From Lama glama (taxonomy: Eukaryota): 64,000 bases of DNA. The notes under the pieces are model-generated. The model did no database searches and had not been told where the DNA came from. It was given only the letters and a program-made list of their open reading frames with translations. Where the stretch lies: contig JAPYYK010000144.1 of assembly GCA_028534125.1 (NCBI GenBank), forward strand, positions 496,001 through 560,000. Reading direction: 5' to 3'. The translations under genes were made by a program, and so were the position numbers. Positions 25,113 to 38,100 of this stretch are shown in pieces (within the stretch, counting starts at the first letter, position 1; each line of letters opens with the position of its first letter).

Positions 25113-25861
25113 TAATTCAGACAGGGTGTTGGAACATCACCTAGCATAAAGAAAGCCCTACTATGTCATCAAGTGGAAGGAGAATTAGTATCAATCACAG
25201 TGATGGTTCCGCATCAGCTTGGCAAGTACTGACTCAGAAGTAGTCTCCCTTAGTCAGGGGAAACCATCTAAGTGTATTTTTGATGCCCTTTCCATTTCCT
25301 GTTTCCTTCTCAGCATAGTTCTCCTTCCTCTTCTCAATGGTGAGTATCCTCGCCCTTCCAGCACTCTTCAGGGGGAGGGTCTTGTCCTGCGGCCACTGAC
25401 AGATCAATCTTTACTCTTAGCTGACTGTCGCCAATCCCTACTCAGAATTAAACAATATTACAAAATTACAGATTGTAGCTATACCCTTAAGGACATATTT
25501 ATGTCACCTAAGGGAGGATATAGAAGACTGAGCAGCTTTTAACCTTGATGAAAACTTTCTATTGCTATGATGACTAACAGTGGGTTGGAAATCTCCAGTT
25601 ACTTCTTGCTCTTGACCCCAAACATATTACTTAGTTAATCAGTGGGCTCTGAAGGAGAGACGGCAACACTGTGTGGATGATGGAGCTGGGGGAAGGTACA
25701 GAGATCATTTTGGACAACAGCATTGCCATGGAAAAGAACTGGGAAGACACATATAAGGGAATTCTGGGTTTTGGAAACTCTGGCAGGACCGTGTCTGAAA
25801 GGCTCTAGCATGAGAGCAATTGCCTCTTGGGGAAGCAATGGTAAGGAGCACAAAAAGGAGA

Positions 25862-26367
25862 TGCTAATTATCCTGGATATCTATTGCTGCCTAGAGAATG
25901 ACTTCAAAACTTAACAGTTTAAAATAATGACAATCATTTATCTTGCTCCTGAATCTGCAAGGCAGGTAGGGCTTAGCAGGAAGGATGGTCTCTATACCAC
26001 ACAGTAGCAGCTGGGCAGTTCTACTGAAGCTGGGGGACCCAAGTCCAACACAGCTTATTCATATGGCTGGAAGTTGGTGCCAGCTGTAATCTGGCCTCAG
26101 TTCCTCTCCATGTGAGCTTTTCCACAGAGCTGCTCAGGCTTCCTCACAGCATGGAGGCTGGGTTCCAAGGATGGGTGTTCCAAGAGACAGAAAGTAGAAG
26201 CTTCATGTCTTTTAAGGTTCAGGCCCAGAAACTGGCACAAGAACATCCCACTGTATTCTACTGCTTAAGCCATCACCTCGCCCACTCAGATACAAGTGAA
26301 GAGGACACAGAATCATCCTCCAATGAGAGGTGTGCCAAAGAATTTGTGGCCATCTTAACTTGCCACA
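25862..26367 (-). mobile_element. MaLR solo LTR (MLT1F/G/H-like)
   Basis: tatctattgctgcc...caaaacttaacagtttaaaataa...ggcctcagttcctctccatgtgagc...gaatttgtggccatcttaacttgccaca. Confidence 0.9.
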
Positions 26368-27966
26368 CCCAGTTGTCTGAAGTAGAAGAGAAGACTGAGA
26401 CTCAAATAACTGCTCTCTGCTCCTTCTCCATCACTTCAGCAAAGCAAAGGAGCTGCATCTGGCTACCTCATCATGATGTGGCCCTTTTTCTAGTCTCGAG
26501 ACCAGAGAAACCCTCTAGACTTTGAGTTGTCATACATTAGTATCCCTTTCCTTGGGTTCCTGATACCCCTTTGCAAAATCTACTTCCTGCTTTCCTAAAA
26601 TTGATGGTCTCTGTCTCACTGAGTCAAATTAAACTGTAAAAATAAAATGTTATAGCTGTGGGGAGGGAGGGAGAGATGCAATGAAATGTACGATGTCCTC
26701 TCAGGGTATCCTGGGCCTTATCAACCACCAGGTGATTATGAATTTTTGATATGCTTCAAAATGATAACATTCTCAACTACACATTTACAGATGAAGCTTA
26801 ATTAAAGACAAAAACTGGCTATTTTGACGTATTTTCTGCTAGTAAAGCCATCAACATGACATTTATTTAGTCCGTGGCAATGGAAACATGCTAAAAGTTC
26901 TTGTAATATAACCCTGAATTTAAAGATATCAGAGAAATCTTGTTTTCAGTTATTTCTGCTTCAATATAGATTGTATCTATTAAATCCTTCTGTTATTAAT
27001 TGAAACTATGCACATATGTAAGCCAGAGGGCTATTTTGCTTAGAACCAGCTTCCATTATGAGATTTTATAATGGGCTTAAAGAGCAAATGTTCAGTGTAC
27101 GATAAAATTAGTTTTTGAAATCCTAGGTTTGAAAGGGCCAGGAAATCAAAAGAGTCAGGGGATTCTCAAATAAAGTCAAAAGATAAAGTTGATTTAGATG
27201 TAGGGACTGAGAGTGGTGACTCCAGTGAGAAGTCTGCCTTTGTCTCGAAGAGAGGCAAATGGGTTCATTGTACCAAGGCTATAATCATTTTACCATTTTT
27301 CTTCCTAACAGCCTGAAAATTTTCTTATAAAGATCAGGTTCTTAAATTTTACCCAAAGGGAAAAAAGAAGCATGAGAGAGTTTAATGACTAATGATTTCT
27401 TCTCTAAAAATAAATCCCACTTTTGAATGTGGCAGCCTGGGAGGAGACAGACCTGCTCCCACAAGCATGGAGGTAGGAGGCTTGAGTAATAGGGTCACAA
27501 GCCACCCCTTCCCCACTCGGCACCAGCCACAGGGTTTTTTGTCACACTTCTGGGAACCCTCCCAAGTCAGAGATGCTGCAGGATGGGCACACTGAAGCCA
27601 TCATTTCACATCAGACCTAAAGGCGTATCAATTCTTCTCTCTGCACAGCTCAGAAGGATGACATAATGCATTGGTGAAGGCTCACATGTCTGTTAAAAGA
27701 TGATTCATCAGGGTAAAAACTAGGACAATAAAATGCTACAGAATGGTTCTGCATCTCCAGGTACTTAGGGATTAAAGGAAACAAACATCAGAAATAAAAT
27801 GGACTCTGTCTAGACTGGAAAATATATATAATAGTAAAATAAAGAGAACCAAGTAAATGGTTAGCTTGTCACAAGTTCCTCATGCTGGGGAGTCTCAATA
27901 ATGGTCAAGCTGAAGTTCAAATATAAACTGTCAACCCAAGATGTCCCATGATGCCTGTGATTTAGC

Positions 27967-28152
27967 CAATGCCACACAAAGTGTGGTCCATGGGATTAGC
28001 AGCAGCAGCATCACCTGACTTGTTAGAAATGTAGATTCTGGGGCTCCATCCCAGACCTACAGACTCAGAATCTCTGGGTGTGGAGTACAGCAATCAGCGT
28101 TTTACTAGCCCTCCAGACGATTCCTAAGCATGCGATTGTGTGACAAGCCCCA
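27967..28152 (+). mobile_element. MER5A (hAT-Charlie)
   Basis: caaagtgtggtccatgg...agcatcacctgacttgttagaaatgtagattctgggg...ccagacctacagactcagaatctctgg. Confidence 0.9.
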
Positions 28153-28974
28153 ATTCAGATTGTGGATAAAGTAAAAATTATACAGCAGGCATCTGATTGA
28201 CTTAGGCTTAACTCTCAAGAATGCATAACAAAATGAGGCCTAATTTATATGTTATTTAGATATTTAGGAAATTGCCTAAAGTTTGATAGGATCTGAATAA
28301 ATACTAATAGATGAAACTTGACAAGTTCACAAATGAGATCTAAACAATCTGAGGAAGAAGTCAAGCAGAGCACTGGACCAGCAGAACATGGTTCCTGCTC
28401 CTGGGACAGAAGAATACCTGGCCCCAGTACAGTGGCCAAAAGGCGGGGTTGAGCTGGATAGAACAGGTCCCCCTGGCAGTGAGAGTGCCAGACAGTCCAC
28501 ATGGATATAAGGGGACAATTGTAGATCATGGACAGCAAGCAGAAACAGACAATCAGAAGCTTAATATCCGACCTGTTCTCAGTTGTCCCCGTTTTTAAGT
28601 GGCTCAACACCAAGGTGACAAACAATATACAGGTTTGGGGGCCTACCCTTATTAGGCGCTGGCTCATAGTGTGGTGTGGGCCAGGCCTGATGGTGAACAT
28701 AACCACAGAAGTGCCATGGGTGCTGTGTGGAGATGAAATGTGGTGATGCAAATCAGAGGCCATCTTCAAAATTGCTCAATATACTGCTAATATATCCAAA
28801 GCAAGGAAACTGCCAATGGTGAATTCCACCAGTGACTGAGCAACTGCCAAGTGCCAGCTGAATCTGAATTCTACCGCTCTGGGTTGGAAGTAGTGTTCAC
28901 CGGAATCACACTGGTCTTGGCTCTAGGAAGACGTCCTCCATCCACCAAGACCTAAATGGAGTCCTGCTTTAGAG

Positions 28975-29107
28975 CAGTGGCTCTCAGTTTCTGAAGCTTT
29001 TAATACATGATGTCCAGGCTCAGATCAATTGTATAGGTGAAGATGGGACCCAGGAGCATTTTTAGAAAGCTCACCAAGTCATTCTATTACAGGCAGTACT
29101 GAGGACC
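28975..29107. mobile_element. MER5-family fragment
   Basis: cagtggctctcag...atttttagaaagctcaccaagtcattct...tgaggacca. Confidence 0.5.
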
Positions 29108-29944
29108 AAGGGGAGGGGAAGAGTGGGAAGAAGAAGCCAATTCCTGCCCAGCTTTCCCTGGGGAAGGAGGGGAAGGAGGGATAGGACAGATTCATGACTG
29201 GAACCTCAGGTGAGCTAATTATGTGAGGAACTCACGTGCCTGAAACACCCCCACTCAGTCATTTGTCTGCAACCTGAGATAAAGTGTAATGAAAAAAATC
29301 ATGCATTTCATAATGTTAATGATGTATGTTTGGGTGATGATGGGCAGATAAAAAAGGAACAGTGAGAGGAACCAGTGAAAGGAACCAGGTGACAAATGGG
29401 GAAGGAGACTAACAGTTCCTCAGCTGAATCTCAATATATACTTGTTGAAATGAATGAAATTGATGGGTGTATATGTACCAGGCTCTAAGTTCAGTCTGAT
29501 GACTGTCCATGTTAATCCTATTATAACCCTATTTTACAGATTAAGAAATTTAGGCTTACAGAGGATAAAGTCAATCAACCCTTTCAGATCTCAGACATTG
29601 TTCCACTATCTTAAAGTGGCTGCATCAGGTAGGAATGCCAGGAGGAACCCAGATCAATGCTGCTGCTGCTCTTGGGCTATTGCAGTTTGTTTCTGAGTTT
29701 GAGTTCCTGGAATGGGTGGGGTTGGAGAGTCTTGAAAAGACTAGCTTAATGTCAAAGCAGCTTCTAGAATAGTTGGTAGACACCTACTCAGTCCCTGCTT
29801 ATTTTACTAAAACTCTACCCAGTAGTGTCTCAGGGCCTGGGTCTTTGGGAGACAAACTCTCACCCCAAACTGCCCCCGTCAGTGGGACTACTGAAATACA
29901 TGTCTACCATAGCAACTTTAGTAGGTAGGTATTATGTCAGTGTG

Positions 29945-30220
29945 TCTATATGTTTCAAATCCTACCTCTCTAGGCTTGAGAAAACTCAGTCTTGCATCTC
30001 CAATACCTAATACTATGAGATACCTAGTAATTTCTTAGTAATGGTCTGTTGAATGAATGAATGAATGAATGAATACAGAGCTGACCCCACAGGGGATTCC
30101 TCCTCCAGTTTCCAAGAAATTTTTTTTGCATTCATTCAACAAACATTTATTGAGAACCAACTATGTACAATGCACAGTTCCAGGAAGGGGGGATATAGCA
30201 ATGAACACCAGCAAAGGCTC
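29945..30220. mobile_element. Two L2 3' ends tail-to-tail (+ to ~30073 with (GAAT)n tail; - from ~30128)
   Basis: gtctgttgaatgaatgaatgaatgaatgaat, then cattcattcaacaaacatttattgagaaccaactatgtac. Confidence 0.8.
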
Positions 30221-31499
30221 TCAATTATCAACACTACTGCAGCCAGATGAAGGGCTTAAAAATTGGGCATAAGGTAGAGAGGAACAAACATACTGTGACT
30301 GCTTTTGATCTCTAACATTATTTAATTTTACTTGGCTTTTCTGTTACATACTTGCTTTAAATGAGTCCATTGCACTGTCCTGTGATTAGAAAGACAATTC
30401 TAGGAGTAATGCTATCGAGTTTCTTAGAATTGCTGGCTTGACATACAACCAAAGCTGCCTGCCTATGAACAAACCTAGGAAAATAATGGATTCCCATACC
30501 CACATGAGCAGAAGCAGGCAGGCTATTGCTCCTGGGTATCATTCAAGCCACATAAAGGGGAGTGACGGGTCTAAGAACTCACTGGAGAGACAGAAAGTTA
30601 ATGAAAACACATTCTTCGTTGTCCAAAATTTGGGTAATAAACGCTCCACAAAATGCACTGAGAAGGAAGTCCAATGCTCTGTGGCCACATTTTGCATCTT
30701 ACTTTCCAGCATTATAAGAACAGGCCTCCAAGGAGCCATCTAATCCTGTGTTTAATGCGGAGCTTTGTATGTCATTGGATGCTCTGCAGACCCCTGGGAA
30801 GTGTGAGAGCCACAAATATAATTATTTACTTCCTAGATTCTGGTTACACACAGACATCACATTCATGCCCCACTCCAGATCATGAAAGCCCAGGCACTGG
30901 TTCTAGTCTGCTGAGGATGGCAAGTCAATTTTTATTCAAAATCAATAATCTTTGGAAAAGGATGATGGGGAGATAATTAATTCAATGGCCATTCTGAAAA
31001 ATTCATTCACAGGGAAGAATTCCAAAAGTCTCGTTTAATTACAAAGATAAAAATGCATCAGTTTCGCAGGTCAAGTCATTCCAGCAAGCCTCTAACTCAG
31101 GGGAAAAATTCAGAATTGAAAATGAGTGTTCTGAGTGTACGAGATGACTTCCCCCCTCCTAATAGCATGATTGTTTTGTTTTGTTTGTTTGTAACAACGT
31201 CTCTTTGTGTTTCAGGCTACTATGGCCCCTAGGAGATGGTATGGCACCACTGCTCTCCTAAATCATTATTTGTCCACACTTATAAAATATCTGAGAAATA
31301 GATGGTCATTTATACAGTCTCCTCTTTCTCCAGATTGTCTTCTTTGTTAATGCAAATGATCTATCACCTATCACCTTCCTGTATTTTCAATTATGCTTCT
31401 GTGTGATTGTCAAGTAAATCATCAGGAAAGACAACTAACTGAAAATCCTGCATTTCCAATGCAGTTCAATTTCAAGTGGTCCACCTTAGAGGAATGTTA

Positions 31500-31690
31500 G
31501 GAATCACATATTGGCTGTGCTTGTCTCTCAGTCTGTATTGCAGCAGCTAGCACAGCCAATCTTAAGTAATGCAAATGCCCGCCCACTGAGTGTAGGTGCT
31601 GTGCCCCGGAGCAGCGTGCGTATGGAGTGAAACTCTTAGGGTGGCATGCATGCCGGAAGTCATTCTTCTGTTTGAGAAAGGTGAGCAGTA
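31500..31690 (+). promoter_or_regulatory. Candidate compact promoter/first exon (CCAAT x2, octamer, GC box, ETS, 5' splice donor)
   Basis: ATTGG 31510, CCAAT 31556, ATGCAAAT 31569-31576, GCCCGCCC 31577-31584, CCGGAAGT 31653-31660, AAG|GTGAGC at 31680/31681; locally CpG-enriched unique sequence. Confidence 0.45.
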
Positions 31691-31889
31691 CATATACCAT
31701 TTATCACATAACCCATCAGCAGAGTCTAGAAGAGCACCTGATAATCGAGCATACTTGTATTTCTGCAGCTAAATGCATGAATATTCACACTGGGCAAGAG
31801 ACACAAAGACTATAAATAGATTCATGTCAGTTTTTTAAATGCATGCAATGAGTTACAAACTGTATCAAGCAGAAAAGTAAGATTTACAG

Positions 31890-32180
31890 AACCATTTATT
31901 CAACAAACTTTCATGAAGCTAGGGGTTTGAGAAACGAGACACAATTTTTTAGGGAAGGGGCTCACAAGTGCAGAAAGAATAACACAGCGTGACAAGCAGC
32001 TAAGGGTGCTAAGCTCTGAGAGACAGGTGCTAAGGCCTCAGAGAAAAAAGACACAAAATCTAGTTTGGGAAGACTTTCCAGGGGAGGGCGATGCCCAATC
32101 TCAGTCTTGAAAATTGGGATCATAATCTGAAGAAGGGAGGAGAGGGAAGAATGTTCTGGGCAAGGAAAACACTCCAAGGC
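31890..32180 (-). mobile_element. L2 fragment
   Basis: catttattcaacaaac...gggaagactttccaggggagg...ggaagaatgttctgggcaaggaaaac. Confidence 0.7.
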
Positions 32181-32799
32181 AGCTACTGTGGTCAGGAAGG
32201 ACCGCCCAGAGGATGCTCAGAACAAGCTGGACTCAGCATCCTGTTTGACAGTTTCTCTACAAGCAAACCATCCATTTCCAGTCTATTCTGATATTGAACT
32301 TTTCTTCTGTTAAACATTGCTATATACTGATGTCAAAGTTGCCTTTTATTAGACTCTTACTGGACTTCATTTTTGCCTGCATAATTCTAATCACTGTTCT
32401 GGAGCTATTTTAAAACAAGAATTGTAACTCAGACATGCTTCTTTGGCTTATGTGTCATTTTATCTCTATGTAACTCAAAACCTTCACAGATATTTTCACA
32501 GCTCTGCTCTATGTCAAATTAATTGGAGAAAAATAATCCAAACTTGTATAAAAACCTACAGAAAAGATTTCTTGTGGTAGGAGCAGAGAGAGGGCAGGGC
32601 AGAGATGGTAAAAGAACTCAAGTAGGTAAGATAAAAAGTAAAGTGGGTTTTTAAAACTATCATTGGAATGTGATTTGGTGTAATTCAAAAATAATAAATC
32701 TGAGGAGGTATATCATTTTAGCACTTCAAGCTTAACTCTCAAACATGGACCTTTTAAATGTCAGTAAAAGTTGAGTTCTTTTTCTCAAAGAGTAGAAGA

Positions 32800-33300
32800 G
32801 AATTCAAAGCATAGACCATCTTCTCAGGATGTGCTCTGAGTGTTGACAAGGAAAGGCTTCTCTTTACCACTTTCTGAATATCACTGATGGGCTCCAAAGA
32901 CAGACACAGCCATCAACGGCATGCACAGATGCTCATAATCATTTGAAGAAGAGGTTTTTAGTTGGGGGAGCTGGTGTGCTCCATTTGCTAATTGCTTCCT
33001 CTGCCTCTTTCTCTATAATCTCCGATTCAGATTTGCTTTTTGCCTTTTGAGTCTCTGATGTGATGCAGACCCAGTTCCCATGTGATTGTTACAGGTGCAC
33101 ACATCACTTTGCATGTACGAACTCATCTTGCCGGGGTGAATTTGTCAGTAACTTCTATTACTTCCCCCATCAAGTTTCAAATATGCTTTAATGATATCTT
33201 CAGGGGATAGCTGCCATACACCCAATGTTATTACTCTTCATATACGTTCTTTTGTCGGTTGCTAAGAAACATTTATTCAATCTGAAAGTTTTCTGATTTA
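32800..33300 (-). mobile_element. Ancient RTE-clade LINE fragment (MamRTE1-like), post-RT region
   Basis: Minus-strand translation with frameshifts gives LKLDG/EVIEVTDKFT, EIIEKEAEEAISKW and QHSEHILRRW, in the order of RTE motifs G..LE.VDKFTYLGS, EI..RI.KA..AF.KL and FHQRCLR.IL.I.W. Confidence 0.55.
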
Positions 33301-34414
33301 ATTGTTAATGTTAGCATTTTAGGATTCAAACTCTATGTTAATTTATGGGGTTGGGTCATTTCTGGATCTCTTCTTTGAGTTTCTTTGGAACACTTATCAT
33401 AGAGAAAGCTGAACCATTCAGTTTTGGTCTGGTGCAGCTAGCGATGTCTTTATTGCTTTTGGATTGAATGGCAGGTTATGGACAAATATGACAAGTCTAA
33501 AGGGAGCCTTGTAGACGTGGGTAGAGGCAGGAAATGTACACCCGGGATAAAGTGATGTGGTACATGGGGCAGTTCCACAGGCGACCATCTCCCAAGGTCT
33601 CAGAAGCAGCATGTGGAAGGGCTTTCTAGATGAAATCTGTATACACCAGTGGTCACATGATCAACTATTATTTACTGTGGGTCCCACAGACATATGAAAT
33701 TATACAAAGACTCATAGCCCATTTAGGTAGGGCTCCTGAGCTATCCCTGCTTTAAAAAAAAAACAACGCAGATTTCTTTTTTATTAAAAAAAGGAAAAAC
33801 ATCTTCCCATGACTGAAAAGCATTAGTCAACTAGTTTTTTAATTGACTGTGCAGCTGTTCCTGATGCCAGCTGTTTGGAAAGAGAAGTTGTTTCCTAAAG
33901 AAGCATTCAAAGTTTGCATGCCTTTTCATCACCACTAAGAAATAAAAGTTTTGGAGATAGGAAATGTCAAGTTGATGAAACAATCATTTCTCCTCTGAGT
34001 ATGAACAATCACACATTTCCTATGATTTAGATATGATGTATGGATTAACCACAAAAAAGCTTTTTAAAAAATCTCCTTTTATGGCAGAATTTTCAAAAAC
34101 AGGATTTTAGAGGACAATTAGGCAGAAAAGACCATATTCCCATAGTCAAGATTTCAGTACAATTTTAATACAGATGGTTGCCAAAATGGATTTTCTATCC
34201 CAGACCTTTGCCTCAGCCCCACACTTTCAGCTATGGAGAGCCACCTGGACACCCTGTCTTCATCTCAAACCTGAAAAGGTCCAAAGGGAAAACTTCATTT
34301 TCTTGTCCCTCAGCCACCCATATAAAAAGAGCAACAAAAATAAAACAAAGACAACCTTTGGTTCTGCTTCCCAAGTTTCCAATTCCTTCTAAAGTTAACA
34401 CCAGTATCCTAGCC

Positions 34415-34860
34415 TCATTCAGTCAACACACATGAGGGAGTTATGGATGGATAAGCCACATGTCCAACCTCTAGGGTACAGCATTAAAATGTGATAGGTG
34501 TTGTGACAGAGTTATGCATAAAGTACCAGGAATAAAGGTTAGTAGCATCAATCATGGCCTTTCAAGGTGGTCAGAAAATCCTTTGAGAGAAGACAATCCT
34601 TAGGTTGAGACTTGAAGGATTGAAAGGACAGGAGGAGCACCCTAGGCAGAAAGGAACAATATGTGAAAAGGAGGCATAAAATTTCATGAGGAAGTGCAGA
34701 TAGGTCATTGGGATCAAAAGGCAAGATCGTTGTGGGAATGTAGCAGAACAGGGATGTGATTATGAGCAGATCATGAAGTACTCTATTTACTAAGAAGTTT
34801 GACCTTTATACCAGTAGGGAACCACTTGAATGACCTGTTCAGATGCATTTCAAAAAAATT
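34415..34860 (-). mobile_element. L2 fragment
   Basis: ggtcagaaaatcctttgag...ttgagacttgaagga...ctaagaagtttgacctttatacc. Confidence 0.75.
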
Positions 34861-34884
34861 ATACCAGTTTTGAAAGCTTGGATT

Positions 34885-35300
34885 ATTGCTTAGAAAATAC
34901 TCACTTAACTTCCCTTCTATTTGGAGCATATACCTCCCTACCCCATTGACTTGGGCTTTGCTGTGTAACTTATTTTGACCAAAGGAACATAACTCTAACA
35001 GAAGCTTTAAGTATATTTTGTCCTATGATGGCAATGAGAAGAGCATGTTCTAGGTAGCCTCTGTCCCTTCAGCCTCGACCCCATGAGATCTATGCTGTAG
35101 ATATGAAGCTTGGAGTTCAAAGCCTGGTCCATGGGCTCCAAAACAAGGAACCAAGCCTCACTAAGTTGTAGCCTAAAAAAGAGCTACTTTAGCCAACCCA
35201 AAGACTTATAAGCAAGAAAAGTAAATGCTTATTGTTATAAACCACTAAATTTGGGGGTGTTTGTTACACAGCTTTACTGCAGCAGTAGCTGACTAATATA
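34885..35300 (+). mobile_element. MaLR solo LTR (MLT1H/I/J-like)
   Basis: Ends aaatgcttattgttataaaccactaaatttgggggtgtttgttacacagctttactgcagcagtagctgactaatata. Confidence 0.85.
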
Positions 35301-35499
35301 TGCATGTTAGGAAATATGACAACAGTTTTTGCCTCCCATTTAACCTTGTACTCGTTCTTCCAAATCCAAAATACCAAGGAGATATTCTTTCAGTCCTTCT
35401 TTAGAATTGTATTACTGGAACACCTTCATAATCAATATTCCTGAATCTGATTTTGCTCAGTTTCCATCTATTCTGAAGTCTATGTCTAGACTATTCTTA

Positions 35500-36130
35500 A
35501 ACACCATCTTCATGTCATACTTGCAAGACTTCCCATCACACAGCATTTCAGATTCAAATGCAAATGTTTCCAAACACTACCAAATAGTTTAATCCCTTCA
35601 CTGTTTGCACCCCAAATTAATTCTCTGTGCCACCTTTGTTCAGGCAGTAGAACTTATCCCCCTCAACCTCATTTAGAATATTCACCACTTCTGTTCACCT
35701 CATTTATAAAGTTTCATTTTAAGCCACTTTTCTTTCATGCAGTAATCACCGTTCCCAGACTTCTTAGAGCTTCAAGGACTGTATGCTCCTATGACATTTT
35801 TAGTCTATATCCCAGGAGCATCTATTCAAGTACTGCTTTTTATATATGTATATCTTATTTTCCCAACTACCTTAAAATCTCCTTGAAAGACAGAACTACA
35901 TCAAATTTTATAACATTCTCTTGTCCCCCCACCCCTCCCAAATTCATTGCAGAATGGCTGGACACAATAAGCAATGGATATTTGTTTGACACCCTAAAAT
36001 AAGTTTTTATTTGTTCAATGAATATTGATTAAGCCCCTACTATGTGCCAGGCACTGCGATATGCAATGGCTGAAAAAAGATGACTAAATTGTTCCCTATG
36101 GCCTCTCAAAAGCTCTACAATTTACAGCAA
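35500..36130. mobile_element. L2 fragments (+ to ~35990, - from ~36010)
   Basis: ctccttgaaagacagaactac...ggatatttgttt; ttcaatgaatattgattaagcccctactatgtgccaggcactg. Confidence 0.6.
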
Positions 36131-36359
36131 CAACAAATAAATATATAAAAGGAAACATCACTGTTTTCCTCAGAAGAAATTTCATTCTATTTGCTGCATA
36201 TATTTTAAATGTTCATATCTATTGCCAGACTAAAAAGATGAAAGAGGAGCATGATAGATGCCCTTTCTGAAGTCACAATCATTTCTTACCCAGAAAACTG
36301 TCTTAACCTAATTGCCACCACTCTGGGAACATGATGGTCAATCCTTACTTTCTTCACAA

Positions 36360-36580
36360 AGGCAGTGAGGAAGAGCCAAAAGGGCATCTGGGGAGGGAAT
36401 TTTCTGTAAAGCACACTATTTATAGTTTTCCAGTTTACCAGAAACAAATATTTAAATGCATTTTCTTAATTTTCCCCTTGTCATCTGACAGCAATGTGGC
36501 AACTTCCATAATTTATCAGAGGCAGCGTATTACATTACAGAATCAATGCACTAACTAATGGAATTGCATTTTCTAGGTAC
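36360..36580. promoter_or_regulatory. Candidate conserved enhancer (MEF2, MEIS/TGIF palindrome, FOX)
   Basis: CTATTTATAG 36416-36425; TGTCAtcTGACA 36479-36490; AAACAAATA; non-repetitive. Confidence 0.35.
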
Positions 36581-38100
36581 ACTGTCTGCTCTTTTTCTGT
36601 TTGTTTTTATAAATGGAGAGCCTATCTAAATAACTGAATCTTGATACCTGGCACATTTGGGGGAAAATTTAAAGTCCTATTATTGAGTATGAAATAGAAC
36701 TCAGTAACATAATTTTAAAGTAACACTGCCAAAAGATTCTGAAAAATAGCTTTGATGCATTTATCAAAAGTGAAATTTAATTGAGGACCACTTCCAGCCT
36801 CTAGTATATCAGCCACACCATAATGAACATCAGAGTTGGAGTGCTGGACATTTCAAATGCAATTTGATGTTTACCCACTTAAGTGAATAATTCTGCCCAC
36901 ACTTTTAGTCCAAGTCCGTGACGGTCCCCGGTTATGACAGATGCCAAATCAGAAGACGAGTTGATATTGCTATTGGGTAAAAGCCTTCAAATGACCAAGA
37001 AGGATAAATACATTAATATACGGTGACAGACAGTGAGATTTTAACAAATCAAAGTATTAAGTTTCTCTTAATACTTCAAATAACTGCATGTTTAAACATC
37101 TAACTGGTGAAAGAGCAATCAAAAATTCATTGTCTTCAATTCTCAATGTTTCAGTTTGAAGGCGTATTTTCCAAGAAAAGTAGACTCTTCCCTTGCACCT
37201 GTTGGTGGGGGGAAAAGTCTGAAATGTTGAAGACTGAACTCTATTTACAGCTCACTGGCAACGAAAATGGGAAACCTAACGAATATAAAGATAGCAGGAC
37301 CTAGGCGAGAGTGGGAAAGATTGGGATGACAAAATTACATTTCTCTGGGACCTCTTCCAGGCTGATCTGTGACTGAAAAAAAATTAAAGTGCTACAGTAT
37401 GCCACTGTGAAGAAACAGATGTCAGGAAACCCAAATTTTAAGGAAAGTTGTGCCTTAAAGTACCACACCATAGTGTGACAGTCTTGATGATCATCTTTGA
37501 TCTTCAGATACTTTTGAAAGACTCTGCTAAACTCTTAATTAAAGCCAACCTTCATTGTAAAGAATTATAGCTTAGCAGTGAGAAACATTTCTGTACAAAG
37601 ACAAAATGCATAATCCAGGGGAAAAAGAAAAGGTCCAAAGACCACATATTCAAGCTGTTCTGAGAGAAAAAGAAGAGCTGTTGCAAGTATTTTGGAGTCT
37701 TAAGTGGAAAAGGGACTGGGGAAAAAGGATTTCTTTAAAGTGATACCAGTATTTTAAATTATTCTGGGCCTACTTCAGAGCAGACATATGGCATTAAATA
37801 TGCCATGATGAAAAGAAAGAACATAGACACAAAACTGAAATGAAGGACTAAGCACAGAGCTTCCTACAGACTTGATGCCTTCTAGAAGTCTATGAGCTAA
37901 ATGTAAACTTTGGGGTGCTTGAGTTATCAGGGTGAATATGCCCCATTATCACTCATTATCTGAACTAGTGAGCATAGAAGTTCCATTTTATAGGAATCAT
38001 CTTTTAGATTTACTCTAAAATAAACTCCTATACACACACACACACCACTGAATACACTTTGCCATTTTGTGTATTCGTGCATTTAAGAATGCTCCTGAAG

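Noticed and set aside
26112-26525. 137-aa ORF
   Set aside because: Mostly antisense MLT1 LTR sequence.
28245-28769. 174-aa minus-strand ORF
   Set aside because: No recognisable domain, composition typical of non-coding DNA and no convincing splice context; possibly an unrecognised old repeat.
29356-29394. Three ~13-bp tandem units (aggaaccagtga)
   Set aside because: Short degenerate slippage repeat without unique spacers; not CRISPR-like and no evident function.
31216-31238. Plus-strand 23-nt pseudo-exon (tttcAG|...ATG|GTATGG)
   Set aside because: Weak donor, frameshifting length and no partner exons.
36909-36976. 68-nt CpG-containing exon-like segment
   Set aside because: Weak donor (GG|GTAAAA), unrecognised peptide and no supporting exon chain.
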